Below, piece after piece: positions 58,526-64,000 of a stretch of 64,000 bases of DNA (position 1 is its first letter; each line of letters starts with the position of its first letter). The notes under the pieces were generated by a model that was not told where the DNA came from, made no database searches, and was given only the letters and a program-made list of their open reading frames with translations. The translations under genes and the position numbers were made by a program. Source of the DNA: Gammaproteobacteria bacterium (GTDB taxonomy: Bacteria > Pseudomonadota > Gammaproteobacteria > GCA-001735895). The stretch spans positions 1 to 64,000 of the forward strand of contig JBNKUM010000048.1 of NCBI GenBank assembly GCA_050298595.1, in the 5' to 3' direction.

Positions 58526-61500
58526 TCAGCCCTTATGTGCTAGCAACTCTTCAAACTCAGGCAGGGCAACGGGTTTACTAAATAAATACCCCTGATAGGT
58601 GGTGCAGCCATGTTGTTCCAGAAATTGTCTCTGTGCTTCGGTTTCCACGCCCTCAGCAATAACCGATAGTCTCAGACTCTGAGCCATTGTGATAATGGTC
58701 TGAGTCACCACAGCATCATCTGAATTCTCTGGCAAATGGTCAATAAAGGATCTGTCAATCTTAAGCTGCCCTAGAGGTAGCCGAGTCAGGTAGGACAGGG
58801 ATGAATAACCCGTGCCAAAATCATCCAGTGAAAACTCCACACCTAATGCCTTGAGAGCATGCATTTTTTTGATCGAGTCTTCGATATCATTGATCAAAAG
58901 ACTTTCTGTCAGTTCGATTTTCAGATATCTGGGCGGTGCCTGTGTCTGCTCCAGTACCTGACGCACCTGATCGACAAAATCGGTCTGCTGAAACTGATAC
59001 TGACTGACATTAACCGCCAGTTGTAATTCACTACAGTGCGCATCTTGCGACCAGATTTTAAGTTGTTTACAGGCAGTTTCCAGCACCCATTGACCAATAG
59101 GCAGAATAAGCCCACTTTCCTCGGCTAACGGAATAAACTGATCTGGCGACACCAGACCACGTTCTGGGTGGTTCCAGCGTATCAGAACCTCTGCACCTAT
59201 AATGCCGCGCTCATTATCGACCTGAGCCTGGTAGTGAAGACAAAACTGCTGATCCTTGATACCGTGCCGTAGTGCGATCTCAAGAGCTGCACGTTCATCC
59301 AGAGAGGTCTGAATTTGTGGATCGAAGTAGCGTAGCGTATTGCGCCCATCATTCTTAGCCTGATACATCGCTATGTCGGCCTGTTTCAGTAGCTCCTGTG
59401 CGCTACTTTGAGTACCCACGAACAAAGTAATCCCTATGCTCGGGGTTATATGGTGTATCTGCTCTGCAAGCTTATACGGCTGACCGAGTGCCTGAAATAC
59501 CTTCTCAGCCACGCGCCTGAGCTTTTCAGAAGCCTCCTGAGAGTTTGTACCCAGATCTTTTAGCATGATCATAAATTCATCGCCACCAAAACGCGCAAGT
59601 GTATCTTCTTTACGCACACAGCTGAGAAGACGCTGGGCGACCTCGATCAATAATTGATCCCCCGCATCGTGCCCGCGGGTATCGTTAAGCACCTTGAAGT
59701 TATCCAGATCGATATACATAAGGGCTCCTCGGTTATCGCTGCGCTCAGCAGCTGATAACGCCTGCTCAAGCCGATCCAGAAGCAGCCGCCGGTTGGGTAA
59801 CTGGGTTAACGAGTCATGATAGGCGAGATGCTCAATCTTCGCTGCTGCCGCCTTGCGCTCTGTAATATCAGTCATGGTACCCACATAATGAGTGACCTTA
59901 CCACTATCCGTCTGTACTGCGGTGATGTTCAACCACACCGGATAGATCTGGCCATTTTTATGGCGATTCCAGATTTCATCCTGCCAGGCACCATTTTGAC
60001 GAATACTGTCCCACATTTTCTGGAAATAATAGTCATCATGTTGATCTGATTTAAGCATATTCGGGCTAGCACCCACCGCCTCCTCAGACGAATAACCGGT
60101 AATCTCGCTAAAGGCAGCGTTGACACGCAGGATGCGAAACTGTGCGTCGGTGATAATGATACCTTCCTGGGCTTCGAATGCCGTGGCCGCAATTCTGATC
60201 TGCTCTTCGGCCTTGTCATGTTCGATACGTCTGCGCAGAGTGACGATACCGAAGGCCAGATCCTCTGCAAGCTCTGATAGCAGGCGTTTCTCTTCCTCTG
60301 GAAAGGCATTCGTTTTTGAAGAGTAGATACACAGGACACCGAACACCTGGTCATTTTCGTCCTTCAGGGGTAAGCCTATACAGGATTGAAAACCATTTTT
60401 CAGGGCCAAATCACGCCAGGGTATTGCCAATGGATCTGTGGCAAAGTTGTCTATGCAGGCTATTTCCCCGCTGCGGATGGCTCTTCCAGTGACACCTTGC
60501 CCGTATACCGTATCCCCCCAGCTGAACTTCGCCTGTAACAGGCTATCATCCTCGGTACCGGCCAGTCCCACCGGAAGGATTGTTTTATCTACGTCGTTTT
60601 GCCGATACCCCACCCAGGCCAGGTGGTAGCCTGCCTCATCACAGATAATACGGCAGATATCATCGAGCAAATCCTGTTCGTCTACGGCGCGCACCAGAAC
60701 CTGATTACAATCACTGATCGCACGTAGTTCCCGATTCAGGCGTTGCAATGTCTCTTCGTCTCTTTTACTTTGGGTAATATCGCGACCAATGGCCAGCACA
60801 CCGACCACACTCCCTTGCGTATCATGCTCCGCATAAAAGCGCAGTTGATGATTGCGCAATTCACCAGTAAAGTTTTTAAGAACCATCTCCATTTCACTTG
60901 ACTCACCCGTTTCAATGACCCGCTGCACATAACCTTCAACCTCAGTATTTAACGCTATTAGGTCATCTTGGCCTGAGTCCGCAGGAGTGCTTTGAGCAAA
61001 TTCCACCGGGGTCTTGCCTAGCAATCGCTCGACATCAATATTCAGGTTCTGCTTTATTGCAGGGTTGTAGTAGATAACGCGGCAGTTCCGATCATAACGG
61101 AGGATATTATCGGGAAAGTTTTCCGCCAGACTACGGTATTCCAGCTCACTCCTGGCAAGCGCTTGCTGTGTCTGTTTGCGCTCGATGATTTCTTTTTTCA
61201 AACTGTCATTGGCTGCTGCCAATTCAGCGGTGCGTTCTACAACGCGTTGTTCCAGATCCTGCTTCGCTTCCTCAAGTTTTAGCGTCAATTCCCTCAGGTG
61301 CAGATGCGTGCTAACTCTTATTAACACCTCCTCCTGTTGCAGCGGCTTGGTGATGTAATCCACTCCACCTGCTTTAAAACCCTTGATCTTGTCTTCCGTT
61401 TGCGTCATTGCCGTCATAAAAATCACCGGGATATCCCGCGTTTTTATATCCGCTTTCAACAGGCGGCAGATTTCATAGCCGTCCAAACCCGGCAACATCA

Positions 61501-61678
61501 CATCCAGTAGAATCAGGTCGGGGAGAGTAGTTTGGGCGATCTTAAGCCCAGTCTCACCGCTACCGGCAACCTTGATTTGAAAACCGGATTGAACCAGATG
61601 CTCAGCCACCACCGCCAGGTTGGCCGGAACATCATCCACAACCAGAATGCTGTGCTTATGCGGATCAGTGATATTCAT
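58526..61678 (-). CDS. REC-PAS-GAF-PAS-GGDEF-EAL c-di-GMP enzyme
   Basis: LLDVMLPGLDG receiver, ARFGGDEF, EVLIRW and LDDFGTGYSSLSYL. Confidence 0.93.
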   Translation of the reverse strand: MNITDPHKHSILVVDDVPANLAVVAEHLVQSGFQIKVAGSGETGLKIAQTTLPDLILLDVMLPGLDGYEICRLLKADIKTRDIPVIFMTAMTQTEDKIKGFKAGGVDYITKPLQQEEVLIRVSTHLHLRELTLKLEEAKQDLEQRVVERTAELAAANDSLKKEIIERKQTQQALARSELEYRSLAENFPDNILRYDRNCRVIYYNPAIKQNLNIDVERLLGKTPVEFAQSTPADSGQDDLIALNTEVEGYVQRVIETGESSEMEMVLKNFTGELRNHQLRFYAEHDTQGSVVGVLAIGRDITQSKRDEETLQRLNRELRAISDCNQVLVRAVDEQDLLDDICRIICDEAGYHLAWVGYRQNDVDKTILPVGLAGTEDDSLLQAKFSWGDTVYGQGVTGRAIRSGEIACIDNFATDPLAIPWRDLALKNGFQSCIGLPLKDENDQVFGVLCIYSSKTNAFPEEEKRLLSELAEDLAFGIVTLRRRIEHDKAEEQIRIAATAFEAQEGIIITDAQFRILRVNAAFSEITGYSSEEAVGASPNMLKSDQHDDYYFQKMWDSIRQNGAWQDEIWNRHKNGQIYPVWLNITAVQTDSGKVTHYVGTMTDITERKAAAAKIEHLAYHDSLTQLPNRRLLLDRLEQALSAAERSDNRGALMYIDLDNFKVLNDTRGHDAGDQLLIEVAQRLLSCVRKEDTLARFGGDEFMIMLKDLGTNSQEASEKLRRVAEKVFQALGQPYKLAEQIHHITPSIGITLFVGTQSSAQELLKQADIAMYQAKNDGRNTLRYFDPQIQTSLDERAALEIALRHGIKDQQFCLHYQAQVDNERGIIGAEVLIRWNHPERGLVSPDQFIPLAEESGLILPIGQWVLETACKQLKIWSQDAHCSELQLAVNVSQYQFQQTDFVDQVRQVLEQTQAPPRYLKIELTESLLINDIEDSIKKMHALKALGVEFSLDDFGTGYSSLSYLTRLPLGQLKIDRSFIDHLPENSDDAVVTQTIITMAQSLRLSVIAEGVETEAQRQFLEQHGCTTYQGYLFSKPVALPEFEELLAHKG

Positions 61679-61684
61679 AGCTGA

Positions 61685-64000
61685 TCAACTTAAAAATTGC
61701 TTTATAAAAGCTTCAATATGATCCATATCAAATCCTTTGGCCAGTTTTAGTAACTGCTGGGCAAAAGGGGCGTAGGACTCATCTAGCGCTTGCAAACGCT
61801 TTGCCTGATCCTGAATTTCGAAAATCTGTCCTTCTTCTGCTAACTTATACAGCAGCTGCAATTCTTTGATTGGTGGTGCCACTATGGACACTTCCTGCTC
61901 AGCCTCTGCCTCAGCGTAAACCCATTTCAAGTCCAATTTCCTTGCCAGCAAATCCAGCAGATGCTTCGGCTTGATCGGCTTGGGCAGAAATGCGTCACAG
62001 CCTGCTTGAATACTTTTTCCCTTGTCTGAATTGGACACACTGGCCGAAACGGCGATAATAATCAGTTTCTTCAACTCAGGCCGCTGTCGTATCTCCTGGG
62101 CTGCTTCAATACCGGATTTTATCGGCATCACCAAATCCATCACAATGGCATCGGGCTGCCATTGCAAAGCCTGATTCATGACTAGCTGTCCATCTTCAAG
62201 CGTATGTATCTCAAAACCCAGGGGTTCCAGCAAATCCACCAGTAGCATACGGTTATAGAGTTTATCATCAACTACCAGTAGCTTGCGGCGCTTTCCTTTA
62301 TAGCCCACGATGTTTTCGATCTTTGGCATGTCTTCCTCAAGCTCAGCCTCGCTCACTGGTAGAGTCACATCAAACCAGAAGCTAGTGCCCCGGCCCAGTT
62401 CGCTCTCCACCAGTAACTGTCCACCCATTTCCTGCACAAGCTTCTGGCTGATGGCCAGGCCCAATCCAGATCCATTAGAATACAGTCTGGCTTCACCGGA
62501 CTGTTCAAAGGGCTTGAAGATCAACTCTAACTGATCTTCGGAGATACCTATTCCAGTATCTTGCACGCAAAAACGCAGAGCGACTTCCGAAGTAGTGGCC
62601 TGATCTTTATCAAGCACCTCTACCGTCAGAGTAACATTGCCCTGTTTGGTGAATTTGACTGCATTGCCTAACAGATTGAGCAAGACCTGGCGCAAACGCG
62701 TCTCGTCAGCCTGGATCACGCTAGGCAAGGGTGAGAGATTCTCGCAGGTCAGTGTCAGGTTCCTGGCTTCGTGCCTGGAAAGGACAATATCCATAATCTG
62801 CTGCAGGAAGCTGGGCAGGTGGAAGGGTGAGGAATGCAGCTCCAGCCTGCCAGCTTCGACTTTTGCCAGATCGAGGATGTCGTTGATCAGCATCAGCAGA
62901 TGCTCTCCACTTTGTTCCATAACGTTCAGATCATCGGCCATCTGGCCCGTGTTACCGGCTCGTTGTTTGAGGATATAAGCGTAGCCTAATATTGCGTTGA
63001 GCGGTGTACGAAGCTCATGGCTCATATTAGCAAGAAAAACACTCTTGGCCTGGTTAGCTATCTCGGCCTTTTCCTTGGCTATGCGCAGTTCTTCGGTACG
63101 TTGGAAAACTTCTTCCTGCAGATGATGGCGATAATGTCTCAGTTCATCCTCCTTCAATTTCTGCTCGGTGATATCCTGCACCGTACCGATGGAACGGAGC
63201 GGCTTTCCGCTCGAGTCATAATCATGCTCGCACATCTCGCGCACATACTTGATCCGCTTATCCGGGAACAATAAGCGATGCACAATATCATAGGGCTGCC
63301 TGTTCGCGAGCGACTCTGTGTAAGCGTTGTTAACCATCTCGCGATCTTCGGGGTGAATCGTCTCCAGAAAGGCCTCGTAGGAGGCACCGAATTTCTGCTG
63401 GTCTATTTCAAAAATCTCGAATATCTCATCCGACCAGGTCAACTGGTTTTCAATCAGATCAAGCTCCCAGTTACCGAGATGTGCGAGGCGCTGTGCCTCT
63501 ACCAGTCGTCGTTGGCTCTCACGCAAGTTACGCAACACCAGCAGGCTAGTCAGTGCATCGGTAAGTCGCCGACCAATCTCTTCCAGCAACTGTTCCTCTG
63601 CTTTACTCCAGACTCGTGCGTTGGAACACTGCTGAAGCGCAAATAGCCAGGGCTTGCCCACTTTAGGAAAAAGAGCCTGGCAAATCATCGACTTGATAGA
63701 TAAGCGCTGGTGAATTTCACTAGACAGCTGCCACTTTGTGTCAGCACCGACCTGAAGCACACCGGGGTGACTCACAATATGTTGGATTACTGCCGTCATG
63801 CTGTCATCTAGCAGTAACTCTTCATTCAGGTCTCCAGATCCCTCATACTCCAAACGTGTGCGTTGCATGGGGATAGTCCAGGCTGTTGTAGCAGGGTCGC
63901 AGGGATACATTAGAAATACACGGTCGCAGTCGAATATCTCAAGTACCTCATCCAGCACGTCGCGCAGCATGGTTTCGAGATCACCAGCGCCCTGGATGGC
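61685..64000 (-). CDS. Hybrid sensor histidine kinase (GAF-PAS-HisKA-HATPase-REC), 5'-truncated by the window edge
   Basis: Frame open to the window end; PAS/PAC (WELD...IHPEDR), [20 protein letters not shown] and MDLVMP. Confidence 0.92.
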   Translation of the reverse strand, partial: AIQGAGDLETMLRDVLDEVLEIFDCDRVFLMYPCDPATTAWTIPMQRTRLEYEGSGDLNEELLLDDSMTAVIQHIVSHPGVLQVGADTKWQLSSEIHQRLSIKSMICQALFPKVGKPWLFALQQCSNARVWSKAEEQLLEEIGRRLTDALTSLLVLRNLRESQRRLVEAQRLAHLGNWELDLIENQLTWSDEIFEIFEIDQQKFGASYEAFLETIHPEDREMVNNAYTESLANRQPYDIVHRLLFPDKRIKYVREMCEHDYDSSGKPLRSIGTVQDITEQKLKEDELRHYRHHLQEEVFQRTEELRIAKEKAEIANQAKSVFLANMSHELRTPLNAILGYAYILKQRAGNTGQMADDLNVMEQSGEHLLMLINDILDLAKVEAGRLELHSSPFHLPSFLQQIMDIVLSRHEARNLTLTCENLSPLPSVIQADETRLRQVLLNLLGNAVKFTKQGNVTLTVEVLDKDQATTSEVALRFCVQDTGIGISEDQLELIFKPFEQSGEARLYSNGSGLGLAISQKLVQEMGGQLLVESELGRGTSFWFDVTLPVSEAELEEDMPKIENIVGYKGKRRKLLVVDDKLYNRMLLVDLLEPLGFEIHTLEDGQLVMNQALQWQPDAIVMDLVMPIKSGIEAAQEIRQRPELKKLIIIAVSASVSNSDKGKSIQAGCDAFLPKPIKPKHLLDLLARKLDLKWVYAEAEAEQEVSIVAPPIKELQLLYKLAEEGQIFEIQDQAKRLQALDESYAPFAQQLLKLAKGFDMDHIEAFIKQFLS

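Overview
Gammaproteobacterial chromosomal window, probably from a sulfur-oxidising lineage (inferred from soeABC). Bases 1-31 kb are mostly core genome: tRNA-Val and tRNA-Asp, ppiD, fabI, yejABEF, avtA, mltD, a methyltransferase, rnhA, dnaQ, soeABC and ilvD. Inside that block is a compact six-gene signalling cluster (10.4-20.0 kb): CHASE2 adenylate cyclase, FHA protein, PP2C phosphatase, CHASE2 Hanks kinase, GAF/HD-GYP protein and a tandem cNMP-binding/rhodanese protein. Bases 31-64 kb are accessory. They include an integrase-less integron cassette array (CALIN, about 36.6-41.7 kb; seven ORF cassettes, six recognisable attC sites). Two antisense group IIC-attC intron remnants sit where two attC sites should be, and a truncated RAYT-like HUH transposase lies where intI would normally be. 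A 151-bp IS5-type MITE occurs twice with TTAG target duplications. Other genes are pabB-pabC, a membrane-anchored AraC regulator with a lipoprotein, lrp/ald, a tandem-duplicated phage-repressor-like HTH protein, an OsmC-YcaO fusion and several c-di-GMP/two-component genes. All calls come from reading the sequence and recognising motifs by eye; no searches were run.
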